A stretch of DNA of 59,873 nt, taken from the UHGV virus genome UHGV-0015476, one strand, 5' to 3'. This document shows, piece by piece, positions 24,171 through 32,264 of this stretch (the stretch's first letter is position 1; each line of letters opens with the position of its first letter). A program made the translations under genes and the position numbers. The notes below the pieces were generated by a model, which was given only the letters and a program-made list of their open reading frames with translations, was not told the DNA's origin and did no database searches. This stretch comes from a virus.

Positions 24171-24689
24171 ATGAACTTTCGTGTTTACGGCCTTGAAGCA
24201 AACAGTTATGTGGATGGGCCGGGCGTGCGGCTGGCGATATTTTTTCAGGGGTGTCTGCACCACTGCAAGGGCTGCCAAAATTCAGGCTCCTGGCCAATGT
24301 ATGGCGGTGAGAAAATGGATACGGAATTCATGAAAAAACTGATGGTCAGCGACTCGCTGCTTTCCGGCATTACGCTCAGCGGCGGCGAACCGTTTTTGCA
24401 GCCGGTTGCTGCGTTGGATCTGGCCAGATTCGCCCATTCCAGGAAGCTGAATGTGTGGTGCTACACGGGCTACACCTTCGAGCAGATCATGGAGTGGGAG
24501 GACAACCGCAAGACGCTGCTTCAGGAGATCGACGTGCTGGTGGACGGCCGGTTTGAACAGGACAAGATGTCGCTGGATATTCCCTGGCGCGGCAGCAGCA
24601 ATCAGCGGCTGATTGATGTGAAGAAATCGTTGGAGAAAGGCGAGGTGGTTCTGTATGACGGAGCCGACACCCATGGAAGTCCGGTTTGA
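24171..24689 (+). CDS. nrdG: Anaerobic ribonucleotide reductase activating protein NrdG (radical SAM).
   Basis: CLHHCKGC (C-x3-C-x2-C radical-SAM cluster motif) and GGEP motif. RBS GAAAGGAGAAG upstream. Confidence 0.8.
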   Translation: MNFRVYGLEANSYVDGPGVRLAIFFQGCLHHCKGCQNSGSWPMYGGEKMDTEFMKKLMVSDSLLSGITLSGGEPFLQPVAALDLARFAHSRKLNVWCYTGYTFEQIMEWEDNRKTLLQEIDVLVDGRFEQDKMSLDIPWRGSSNQRLIDVKKSLEKGEVVLYDGADTHGSPV

Positions 24690-24816
24690 CCTGTATTGCA
24701 AGAAATGCAAGTATGCCAAACTCGACGACGCGGAGGAATCCTGCAACACCTGCCTGGAGCAGTGCTGGAATGAGGGAACCGACAGACCGACTCAATACAA
24801 GGAGAAAACGAAATGA
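24655..24816 (+). CDS. Small Zn-ribbon protein, 53 aa (CKKC ... CNTCLEQC).
   Basis: Overlaps the nrdG 3' end; its stop overlaps the next start (ATGA). Below the ORF-track cutoff. Confidence 0.4.
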   Translation: MTEPTPMEVRFDLYCKKCKYAKLDDAEESCNTCLEQCWNEGTDRPTQYKEKTK

Positions 24817-26180
24817 CGACTATTCAATATCCTATCCAATTCGGCGGGATTCTGAGCCTTGGGCGGTGCGGGGAAAACAACGCGAGAACCGTGGTTATTG
24901 ACGTTGCCGACTATGTCGCCGCCTGTCCGGACGCGGAAATCACTCTATGGGTACAGCGGCCCGGAGAGGAAAGCGTGTATCCGGCAAATATCGAGCTGAA
25001 GGATGGGAAGCTGTATTGGCCAATCACCAGCGCTGATACGGCTATCGCCGGGAAGGGCCGCGCAGAAATGCGGGTAACCAGGAATGATATTCTGATAAAA
25101 TCCAGAACCTTCACTTTCCAGGTAAGCGAATCGCTGACGGGGGCGGAAACAGAAACGCCAAAGCCGGAGCAGGACTGGGTGAACAGCATCCTGAGCGCGA
25201 TTGCAAAAATACAGAACGTGCAGGTGATCGCCAATGGTGTGCCCAGCGACACGCCTGCCGGGGCCGAGTATGACCCGGAAACGAATACGATTCGGCTTTC
25301 GATTCCGGCGGGTAAGGACGGCGAGGCCGGAGCGAAGGGCGACACGGGCGAAACCGGACCGCAAGGAGAGCCCGGACCGCGGGGCGAAACCGGCTCAGAC
25401 GCATCTGTGACTGCTGAGAACATTCAAGCTGCGCTGGGGTATACGCCGGTTAAAAATGTCCAGATAGCCGGAAACAGCGTGCTGAAGGACGGCGTGGCAA
25501 CGATTCCGCTGGCTGGGTATAACCGGCTTGGCGTGGTGCAGCTGGATCCTGCGGGGTTTGCCGCTGCATCGGTTGAGGGTAAGCTGGCACTGGTACCGCC
25601 GACCGATGCCCAAATCAGCACCCATACCCATACGCAACGCCCTATCACCCCAAGCTGCATGGACTATGCCGTGAAGGCAGCCATGTGCGACGGCAAGGGC
25701 GCGGCGTGGACGGCGGACGAGCAGAAGGCGGCTCAGGAGAGGATGGGGATCGACAAGCCGTATGAGCTAATCGAAGAAATCACATTAACAGAGAAAGTGA
25801 TGCATATCAATCGTAAGGCTGAACCTGACGGAACGAGCTACGCGTTTGAAGCAGTTGCAGTTAAAATGGATAGAACTAATGCGGGCACTGGTTCGGTAGC
25901 GTTTCTTAACGGATCAAAATACGTGTTCTGGTCAGGCATCTCGTCGGTCGGGCGGTACTACGCGTGCGAGGCATTCTTGCAGCGTGGATATTGGCAACAC
26001 TATATGTATGGACCAACAGATAGTGATAACACTTATCCGAATATCATTCCGGCTGGTTATGGTAAATCTTTAACATTTACTAAAAATACACTAAAATATA
26101 TCGACTCTATTCAGATCGCATCTGATAGTGAAGGATTTGATACGGGTACTACAATCTCGATCTACGGGGTGAGAGCATGA
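24813..26180 (+). CDS. Tail-fibre / receptor-binding-like protein with a BppU-N-like N-terminus and a collagen-like G-x-y run.
   Basis: N-terminus MTTIQYPIQF...NARTVVIDV...LWVQRPG resembles baseplate upper protein N-domains. The run GKDGEAGAKGDTGETGPQGEPGPRGETG is collagen-like. The gene is displaced from the main tail module. Confidence 0.55.
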   Translation: MTTIQYPIQFGGILSLGRCGENNARTVVIDVADYVAACPDAEITLWVQRPGEESVYPANIELKDGKLYWPITSADTAIAGKGRAEMRVTRNDILIKSRTFTFQVSESLTGAETETPKPEQDWVNSILSAIAKIQNVQVIANGVPSDTPAGAEYDPETNTIRLSIPAGKDGEAGAKGDTGETGPQGEPGPRGETGSDASVTAENIQAALGYTPVKNVQIAGNSVLKDGVATIPLAGYNRLGVVQLDPAGFAAASVEGKLALVPPTDAQISTHTHTQRPITPSCMDYAVKAAMCDGKGAAWTADEQKAAQERMGIDKPYELIEEITLTEKVMHINRKAEPDGTSYAFEAVAVKMDRTNAGTGSVAFLNGSKYVFWSGISSVGRYYACEAFLQRGYWQHYMYGPTDSDNTYPNIIPAGYGKSLTFTKNTLKYIDSIQIASDSEGFDTGTTISIYGVRA

Positions 26181-26494
26181 AAAAGAACATCCTGGTCAAA
26201 ACCGGTGAGCGAACGGAAGCTCGCATCCGTACCATTCCCGCTCAGTACAACGAAATGGGCGAAATGATCGCGGACGCATATGACGAAGCCTACACCGTCA
26301 AGGTGCCGATCATGGAAGAGCAAAACGTAGAAATGACGGCTGAAGAAATCGCCGAGCTTGAGCGAATGCAAGCGAAAATGCCGGAGATTGCGCCAACCGC
26401 AGAAGACAGGCTGGCAGATGTGGAAAATGTCAGCGATATGGCGTATGTCAACGCCGAGCTGGCGCTTGCCTTACTTACAAAAATGGAGGGATAA
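26177..26494 (+). CDS. Hypothetical acidic protein, 105 aa (XkdW-position-like, adjacent to the fibre gene).
   Basis: ATGA overlap with the fibre gene. Confidence 0.45.
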   Translation: MKKNILVKTGERTEARIRTIPAQYNEMGEMIADAYDEAYTVKVPIMEEQNVEMTAEEIAELERMQAKMPEIAPTAEDRLADVENVSDMAYVNAELALALLTKMEG

Positions 26495-26497
26495 GTT

Positions 26498-26623
26498 ATG
26501 TTGTATATGGTGCTCAAACGTATGGTAGCAAAGAGTTTTGATGCGGAGCTGCGCGATAAGATCGACACGCTATACGCGCTGGGGCGGCTGACGTACGCAC
26601 AGTACATGACACTAATCGAATAA
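26498..26623 (+). CDS. XkdX-like small protein, 41 aa.
   Basis: YALGRLTYAQYMTLI resembles the XkdX family motif. It sits after the fibre and 26177 genes, as XkdX does after XkdV/XkdW in PBSX. Confidence 0.4.
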   Translation: MLYMVLKRMVAKSFDAELRDKIDTLYALGRLTYAQYMTLIE

Positions 26624-26718
26624 CAAGATGGGGGAACGACATGATTAAAGCAGATAAACCGATTGAATACGCTATGCCGCATCGGTTGTGCGCGCAAACG
26701 TCAGAAGAAAGGGCTTGA

Positions 26719-27141
26719 ATGATGACGCCGAACGAGTATCAAAAAGAAGCTTTGAGAACGGAACAGCCGACAAGCACCTTCCATAATGGAACCAATTACA
26801 TCATACTATCTCGTGGATCTGGCAAGACGATGATGTTGAAAAACGCCATCGAAAATGAGGTTCAAACGAATCGTCTTATCAATGGCCTGATGGGTCTCAA
26901 TGGCGAGGCAGGCGAAGCGATTGATATTCTCAAGAAGCATCTGTTCCAGGGTCACGATCTCGACCGGGAGCACCTGGCGAAGGAGCTGGGGGATGTGGCG
27001 TGGTATCTGGCGGTTTCGGCGGATGCTTTGGGGTATTCGCTGGAGCAGATCCTTCAGATGAACGTTGACAAGCTGCGTGCAAGGTATCCGGACGGGTTCG
27101 AGGCGGAACGGAGCCTGCACAGAGCGGGCGAGGACGAGTAA
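26719..27141 (+). CDS. MazG-like nucleotide pyrophosphohydrolase.
   Basis: EYQKEALRT...GLNGEAGEAIDILKKHLFQGHDLD...LGDVAWYLAVSADALGYSLEQILQMNVDKLRARYPDGF is the typical MazG-family pattern. Confidence 0.75.
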   Translation: MMTPNEYQKEALRTEQPTSTFHNGTNYIILSRGSGKTMMLKNAIENEVQTNRLINGLMGLNGEAGEAIDILKKHLFQGHDLDREHLAKELGDVAWYLAVSADALGYSLEQILQMNVDKLRARYPDGFEAERSLHRAGEDE

Positions 27142-27148
27142 AATCCGT

Positions 27149-27463
27149 GCCCACTTTTGTTTTCAAAAACGGGCATATGCCCACTTTTGTTTGAAAACTT
27201 GAGTGAAAAATTTTGAGAAAAGTGGGCTTGTGGCCAAAAAAAGTGGGCTTTTGCCCACTTTTGCGAGATAAAAGTGGGCAGAAAAATGGGCTCGAAACCG
27301 GCTGAAATTAGCCAAAAAGTGCTAAAATCGGCCCTTTTTCGGGGCTTTTGAAGCATTTTTCGGCAAAAACCGAAATTTCTGCCCATTTGCCCACTTTTAT
27401 TTTCTAATTCTATAAAAAGTTAAAAAATGAAATATTATATAGAATAGAGCAGAAAAAGTGGGC
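27149..27463 (+). repeat. Iteron-like array of GCCCACTTTT / AAAAGTGGGC repeats in an AT-rich non-coding region. Candidate replication origin, partition site or operator array.
   Basis: 8 exact 10-mers plus 2-3 degenerate copies. 4 direct: 27149, 27179, 27253, 27389. 4 inverted: 27218, 27239, 27270, 27454. Includes a 24-nt perfect palindrome at 27239-27262. Confidence 0.7.
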
Positions 27464-27552
27464 ATTTGGCCACAAGCTAAAAATCGACCATTTAGAAGGA
27501 GGAATGCGATAAGACCAACTTTCTATTTTCAAAACCCCCTAACCAAGGTTCG

Positions 27553-27564
27553 CTGTGGTATAAT
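27553..27564 (+). promoter_or_regulatory. Extended -10 promoter TGgTATAAT for gene 27599.
   Basis: gcTGTGGTATAATgaac lies 35 nt upstream of the start. Confidence 0.4.
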
Positions 27565-27598
27565 GAACTTGGCTGAACTTTGGATTGGAGGCGGTCAG

Positions 27599-27919
27599 AT
27601 GCGGAAAGACCGAGATGAATACAATGACCTTTATAAACTGGACATGAAGGACGAGTGGATGAACAGCGCTTATGACGAACATGGCGATGCGGCGGTCTGT
27701 GATCTTTGCGGAACGGACATGAAGTGGGATCAGGCACGGCATGAATGGTATTGCCCCGGATGCGGGCAGACCATGACCCGAGCTTACTATTTCAACCACA
27801 TCGGAGCCGAGCCTCCCGGGTTGGAATGCTTGGCCAACTGCTGTGAGAATTACCCCTTCTGCAAGCAATACTGCACGCGCTATCTCATCGATTCAAACGA
27901 CCCCATGTTGACATCATGA
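27599..27919 (+). CDS. Zn-ribbon protein, 106 aa (CDLCG ... CPGCG plus a Cys-rich C-terminus).
   Basis: RBS GGAGGCGG lies 7 nt before ATG 27599, in frame with ORF 27458. The upstream part of that ORF overlaps the promoter and is not coding. Confidence 0.55.
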   Translation: MRKDRDEYNDLYKLDMKDEWMNSAYDEHGDAAVCDLCGTDMKWDQARHEWYCPGCGQTMTRAYYFNHIGAEPPGLECLANCCENYPFCKQYCTRYLIDSNDPMLTS

Positions 27920-27937
27920 TATTCTCCAAGTTTCAAG

Positions 27938-27970
27938 AGCCTGTGTGCGAAACACGGGCTTTTTCCTTTC
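27938..27970 (+). terminator. Rho-independent terminator (AGCCTGTG-TGCGAAA-CACGGGCT followed by TTTTCCTTTC).
   Basis: 8-bp stem including a G-U pair, then a T-tract. Confidence 0.55.
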
Positions 27971-27971
27971 C

Positions 27972-27996
27972 CGCGAAAAAAACATGCCCTTTTATG
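27972..27996 (+). promoter_or_regulatory. Conserved 25-nt element (copy 10). It lies upstream of the VRR-NUC / nuclease / RNAP genes and carries a TTTTATG variant.
   Basis: CCCGCGAAAAAAACATGCCCTTTTATGAAGAG, located just after a terminator hairpin. Confidence 0.45.
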
Positions 27997-28050
27997 AAGA
28001 GAGAAGACAATATGCGCCTTCTCTTTTTTCTTTTGCAATGAGGAGGGCTT

Positions 28051-28353
28051 ATGAAAGGACGAAAGCTGGAGCGCAATTTTCAGGCGTCTCTGATTCGGGA
28101 ATTGAAAAAGCGGTTCAGCGGATGCATCGTCACCAAGCTGGACTCATCGCACATTCAGGGCATTCCTGATCTTTTGATTCTCTGGGGAAAACATTGGGCC
28201 ACGCTGGAATGCAAAAAAAGCGCCAGAGCGCACCGGCAGCCCAATCAGGAGCATTATGTCAATCTGATGAACGACATGTCCTTTTCAAGATTTATATTTC
28301 CGGAGAACAAGGAGGAAGTCCTGCATGAATTGGAACAGGCATTCAGACCTTGA
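28051..28353 (+). CDS. VRR-NUC domain nuclease.
   Basis: E..Q..LI..L...KLDSSHIQGIPDLLILWGKHWATLECKK is a PD-(D/E)xK motif (PDL...ECK) in a VRR-NUC-sized protein. Confidence 0.7.
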   Translation: MKGRKLERNFQASLIRELKKRFSGCIVTKLDSSHIQGIPDLLILWGKHWATLECKKSARAHRQPNQEHYVNLMNDMSFSRFIFPENKEEVLHELEQAFRP

Positions 28354-28882
28354 GGGAAGCCATGCGTTCCTGAGCGCTAGCAAGTATCATTGGATCAACT
28401 ATGATGCCGATAAGCTGGCCGACAGTTACAAGAATTTTATGGCGACCCTGAAGGGAACCGAACTGCATGAATTCGCCAGCCGCTGCATCACCCTTGGGCA
28501 GAAGTTGCCCAAAAGCCAGAAGACGCTGAATATGTTTGTGAACGACGCCATCGGCTACAAGATGCAGAGCGAGCAGGTGCTCTACTATTCCGAGAATTGC
28601 TACGGCACCGCGGACGCTATCGCCTTTCGAAACGGGATGCTTCGCATTCACGACCTGAAAACTGGCAAGGTGCTGGCGCACATGGAGCAGCTGATGGTGT
28701 ACGCCGCGCTGTTCTGTTTGGAATACAAGGTGAAGCCCGGCGATATTCAGATGGAGCTGCGGCTTTACCAGAATGATGAAGTGATATTTCACAACCCCGA
28801 AGCAGACGAGATCGTTCCCATCATCGACAAGATCATCGCCTTTGATAAAGTTATCAATCGAATCAAAGAAGAGGAGGGCTGA
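28325..28882 (+). CDS. PD-(D/E)XK family nuclease, 185 aa.
   Basis: GTADAIAF ... LRIHDLKTGK (D...D-x-K) motif. RBS AAGGAGGAAG lies 8 nt upstream. Confidence 0.5.
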   Translation: MNWNRHSDLEGSHAFLSASKYHWINYDADKLADSYKNFMATLKGTELHEFASRCITLGQKLPKSQKTLNMFVNDAIGYKMQSEQVLYYSENCYGTADAIAFRNGMLRIHDLKTGKVLAHMEQLMVYAALFCLEYKVKPGDIQMELRLYQNDEVIFHNPEADEIVPIIDKIIAFDKVINRIKEEEG

Positions 28883-28884
28883 CC

Positions 28885-31710
28885 ATGAATTGGATTGCGC
28901 AGCAGATGCGGGATATTCTGGAAGGTCGGACTCGACTTTCCGAAAACGGCGAATTGATGCATTACGGAAAATCCAAGATGGATGGCGCTCCGGGCCGCGG
29001 TTCCGGCCGATATCCGTTAGGCAGCGGCGAAGACCCGAACCAGCATCGCGGCGATTTGATTTCCCGTGTGCAGGAGCTTCGGCGAAAGGGTATGAGTGAA
29101 AAAGACATTGCTGAGGCGATTGGGTATTCTTCCTCCACTCAGCTGAGAAGCGCCTATTCCAACGCCATCAATGAACGCCGCGCTACGCAGATTTCTTCTG
29201 CCCGCGCCATGCTGGCAGACGGAAAGACCCAGGCCCAGGTGGCCAGAGCGCTTAGTGTCAATGAGTCCACGCTCCGTTCCCTGCTCAATGAGCGTTCCGA
29301 GGCCCGCACCAACGCGGCCAAAGCAACGGCAGATTTTCTGAAGGCACAGATCGATTCAAAGGGTATGATCGATGTCGGTACCGGCGTGGAGCTGGAGCTT
29401 GGCGTGAGCCGGGAAAAGCTGAATCAGGCTTTGGCAATGCTGGAAGACGAAGGATATGTGGTCTATGGCGGCGGCGTGCCGCAGGCGACGAATCCGGGCA
29501 AACAAACCAACATCAAGGTCATTTGCCCGCCAGGAACCGAGCATAAAGAGATTTATGACTTCAAGAACGTGCATACGGTCACAGACTATAAGATGCGCGT
29601 GGACGAAGACGGCACCGAGCACTTTGAGAAGGGGTTTGAATACCCCGCTTCCATGGATTCCAGCCGACTGATGATTCGCTTCCGCGATGATGTCGCGCCT
29701 GATGGTCATACCGGTGTCGAGAAGGATGGCACCATTGAGATCCGGCGCGGTGTGGACGATCTGAGCCTTGGCGACAGCCGCTATGCGCAGGTTCGCATTC
29801 TGGTGGATGGAAACAAATACCTTAAAGGAATGGCATACTATTCGGACGACATGCCAGATGGCGTGGATGTGGTTTTCAATACCAACAAGACGCCCGATCA
29901 GGCGAATAAGGTGCTGAAAATCATCAAGAGCGATCCGAACAATCCTTTCGGCGCTTTGCTGCGGGAAGAGGGCGGCCAGTATCACTACACGGATCCCGAA
30001 ACCGGCGAGCGCAAGCTGGGTCTCATCAACAAGACCAGAACCGAGGGCGACTGGGGCGATTGGGCGGATGCGCTGCCGAGCCAGTTCCTCTCCAAGCAGA
30101 GTATGCAGCTCATTCAGAAACAGCTTGGTATGTCCATCGCGGATAAACAGGCCGAGTTTGATGAGATCACGGCGCTGACTAACCCAACGGTAAAGAAACA
30201 GCTGCTGGCGACTTTCGCCAATGACTGCGATTCGGCCGCCGTTCATTTGCAGGCCGCGGCTCTGCCCAGGCAGAAGTATCAGGTAATCCTTCCTATTGCT
30301 ACCATGAAGGATGACGAGGTCTATGCCCCCAATTATCATGATGGTGAAACGGTGGCGCTGATCCGGTATCCGCATGGCGGTACATTCGAAATCCCGATCC
30401 TGACGGTGAACAACAAGCAGCCGGACGGCATTCGGATTCTCGGCAGCACTCCTGCCGATGCCATTGGCATCAACAGCAAGGTTGCGGAGCGTCTGTCTGG
30501 GGCGGACTTCGATGGCGATACCGTCATGGTCATTCCATGCAACAGCCCGAGGAGCAACGTGAAGATCACCTCTACACCGCCGCTCAAGGGGCTGGAAGGC
30601 TTTGACCCTAAGATGGAATATGGCTCCAGCAGAACCGAGACCGACGCCAATGGAAAGACACACTACTTCCGGGATGGCCATGAGTTCAAGGTGATGAGCA
30701 ACACCCAGATGGAGATGGGCAAGATATCCAATCTGATTACCGACATGACGCTGAAAGGCGCCAGTCAGGACGAGTTGGCCCGTGCCGTCCGTCATTCCAT
30801 GGTTGTTATCGATGCCGAGAAGCACAAGCTGGACTGGAAGCAGAGCGAGCAGGACAATGGCATTGCGGGCCTGAGAAAGAAGTATCAGGAGCGCGCAGAT
30901 GAAGACGGTAACCTGCATTACGGCGCAAGCACCCTGATCTCCAGAGCCAAGTCTCCTGTATCGGTACTTAAGCGCAAAGGTTCCCCAAAGATCAATCCCG
31001 ACACCGGCGAGCTTGAGTACAAGACCGTAGAGGAGACCTATACGGATAAGAAAGGCAAGACTAAAGTTCGCACCCAGGATTCGACGCTGATGGCGGAAAC
31101 GAAGGACGCGCGTAGGCTTTCTTCCGGCACTCCCCAAGAAGAGGCTTATGCCGACTACGCGAACCGGATGAAGGCTATGGCCAACGCCGCACGCAAAGAA
31201 ATGCTTCGCGCCGGCAAGATAGAGTACAGCAGCAGCGCTAAGGAAACCTACCGTGAAGAAGTGGGCGACCTGGAACGCCAGCTGAAGAAAGCTTTGATGA
31301 ACGCACCTCGTGAACGTCAGGCTCAGCTTGCCGCCAACAGCGAAGTCAAGGCTATGAAGAAAGCCAATCCTGATATGACTAGCAAAGAGGTTAAGAAAAA
31401 AGGACAGCAGGCGCTTAGCAGAAACCGTATCAAATATGGCGCGCAGCGTTATGCAATCAGCATCTCACCCCGTCAATGGCAGGCAATTCAGTCTGGGGCA
31501 GTGAGTGAGAATCTGTTGACCAAGATCCTTCGCTTTGCCGATCAAGATCAGGTCAGAGCCTATGCGACTCCTCGCGCAACAACTTCCCTGTCTGCGGGAA
31601 AACAGGCAAGAATCCGGGCAATGCGTAGCTCAGGATACACCACCAGTCAGATTGCAGCTGCACTCGGCGTGGCTACTTCGACTGTCACCAAATACATGAA
31701 AGGAGAGTGA
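28885..31710 (+). CDS. YonO-like non-canonical single-chain RNA polymerase. It has two double-psi beta-barrels homologous to the beta and beta' subunits of multisubunit RNAPs. HTH modules flank the core; the C-terminal one is sigma-70 region 4-like.
   Basis: Beta-like barrel: VDGNKYLKGMAYYSDDMPDGVDVVFNTNKTP, compared with RHGNKGV..EDMP..VDIVLNP in bacterial beta. Beta'-like barrel: ALIRYPHGGTFEIP...GADFDGDTVMVIP, compared with NRAPTLHR...NADFDGDQMAVH. C-terminal LSAGKQARIRAMRSSGYTTSQIAAALGVATSTVTKYMK is sigma-r4-like. Confidence 0.8.
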   Translation: MNWIAQQMRDILEGRTRLSENGELMHYGKSKMDGAPGRGSGRYPLGSGEDPNQHRGDLISRVQELRRKGMSEKDIAEAIGYSSSTQLRSAYSNAINERRATQISSARAMLADGKTQAQVARALSVNESTLRSLLNERSEARTNAAKATADFLKAQIDSKGMIDVGTGVELELGVSREKLNQALAMLEDEGYVVYGGGVPQATNPGKQTNIKVICPPGTEHKEIYDFKNVHTVTDYKMRVDEDGTEHFEKGFEYPASMDSSRLMIRFRDDVAPDGHTGVEKDGTIEIRRGVDDLSLGDSRYAQVRILVDGNKYLKGMAYYSDDMPDGVDVVFNTNKTPDQANKVLKIIKSDPNNPFGALLREEGGQYHYTDPETGERKLGLINKTRTEGDWGDWADALPSQFLSKQSMQLIQKQLGMSIADKQAEFDEITALTNPTVKKQLLATFANDCDSAAVHLQAAALPRQKYQVILPIATMKDDEVYAPNYHDGETVALIRYPHGGTFEIPILTVNNKQPDGIRILGSTPADAIGINSKVAERLSGADFDGDTVMVIPCNSPRSNVKITSTPPLKGLEGFDPKMEYGSSRTETDANGKTHYFRDGHEFKVMSNTQMEMGKISNLITDMTLKGASQDELARAVRHSMVVIDAEKHKLDWKQSEQDNGIAGLRKKYQERADEDGNLHYGASTLISRAKSPVSVLKRKGSPKINPDTGELEYKTVEETYTDKKGKTKVRTQDSTLMAETKDARRLSSGTPQEEAYADYANRMKAMANAARKEMLRAGKIEYSSSAKETYREEVGDLERQLKKALMNAPRERQAQLAANSEVKAMKKANPDMTSKEVKKKGQQALSRNRIKYGAQRYAISISPRQWQAIQSGAVSENLLTKILRFADQDQVRAYATPRATTSLSAGKQARIRAMRSSGYTTSQIAAALGVATSTVTKYMKGE

Positions 31711-31715
31711 ACGGA

Positions 31716-31970
31716 ATGAACGTGAATGGAAACGTTGCGCTCACAACTTTCGACAATCCATACAATCCGTTCACTCAATTCCAGAAATGGTTCCTGTTTG
31801 ACACGGAAAAAGGATACAACTCATGTGCGTATCTGGCTCGAATCGCACGCACAAGTGATGAACTCACTGAAGAAGAAAATGATGAAGAAATCGAACGTGC
31901 GATTGACGAGATTATTAAGTATGACTTCATGAACAAATACAAGAAAATATACAAAAACGCCAAGAAATAA
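31716..31970 (+). CDS. Hypothetical acidic protein, 84 aa, lower GC.
   Basis: RBS AAAGGAGAG lies 7 nt before ATG 31716. Confidence 0.5.
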   Translation: MNVNGNVALTTFDNPYNPFTQFQKWFLFDTEKGYNSCAYLARIARTSDELTEEENDEEIERAIDEIIKYDFMNKYKKIYKNAKK

Positions 31971-31993
31971 GGCATATCATATCTTAAAACCAT

Positions 31994-32027
31994 AGGGAGG
32001 GGGTCGCCAAAAACACACCCCCTCCCT
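31994..32027 (+). promoter_or_regulatory. Perfect 11-bp GC-rich hairpin (AGGGAGGGGGT / ACCCCCTCCCT, 12-nt loop) without a downstream T-tract.
   Basis: Perfect inverted repeat; only a weak T run on the opposite strand. Confidence 0.6.
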
Positions 32028-32042
32028 GCATCGGCGGTCTCC

Positions 32043-32235
32043 TTCATTTTTCTCCGGGGGTAGATTTGGGAGAAACTTTTTGGGGTTCGTTCGGTTGCAG
32101 CCATGGCGTTTAGACGAGCTTGCGGGGCTGGGAAACTTCTTCATGATGATTCCTCCTTTGTTCTTTGGGTTTTCTTCATTTTTCTCCTTTCAACAGCGGT
32201 AAAAACAGCCTCGCAAGTTCTTCTAAACGCCATGG
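32043..32235 (+). promoter_or_regulatory. Structured non-coding leader of the late region. It holds a 13-bp direct repeat TTCATTTTTCTCC (32043, 32175) and a 14-bp inverted repeat CCATGGCGTTTAGA (32101, 32222).
   Basis: Exact repeats in the only sizeable non-coding gap of the late half, directly downstream of the RNAP gene cluster. Confidence 0.55.
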
Positions 32236-32264
32236 AAGTGGTATGAAAGGAGGACTTTGTTGCT

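Noticed and set aside
27458-27598. N-terminal extension of ORF 27458-27919 (ORF-track start).
   Set aside because: The upstream portion overlaps the extended -10 promoter (TGGTATAAT at 27553-27564) and has no RBS. ATG 27599 with RBS GGAGGCGG is the credible start.
29356-31137. A 593-aa minus-strand ORF inside the RNAP-like gene, and a 743-aa minus-strand ORF at 39107-41338 inside the portal/capsid genes.
   Set aside because: They are antisense to strongly supported + strand genes with conserved catalytic motifs and are artefacts of stop-codon-poor GC-rich sequence.
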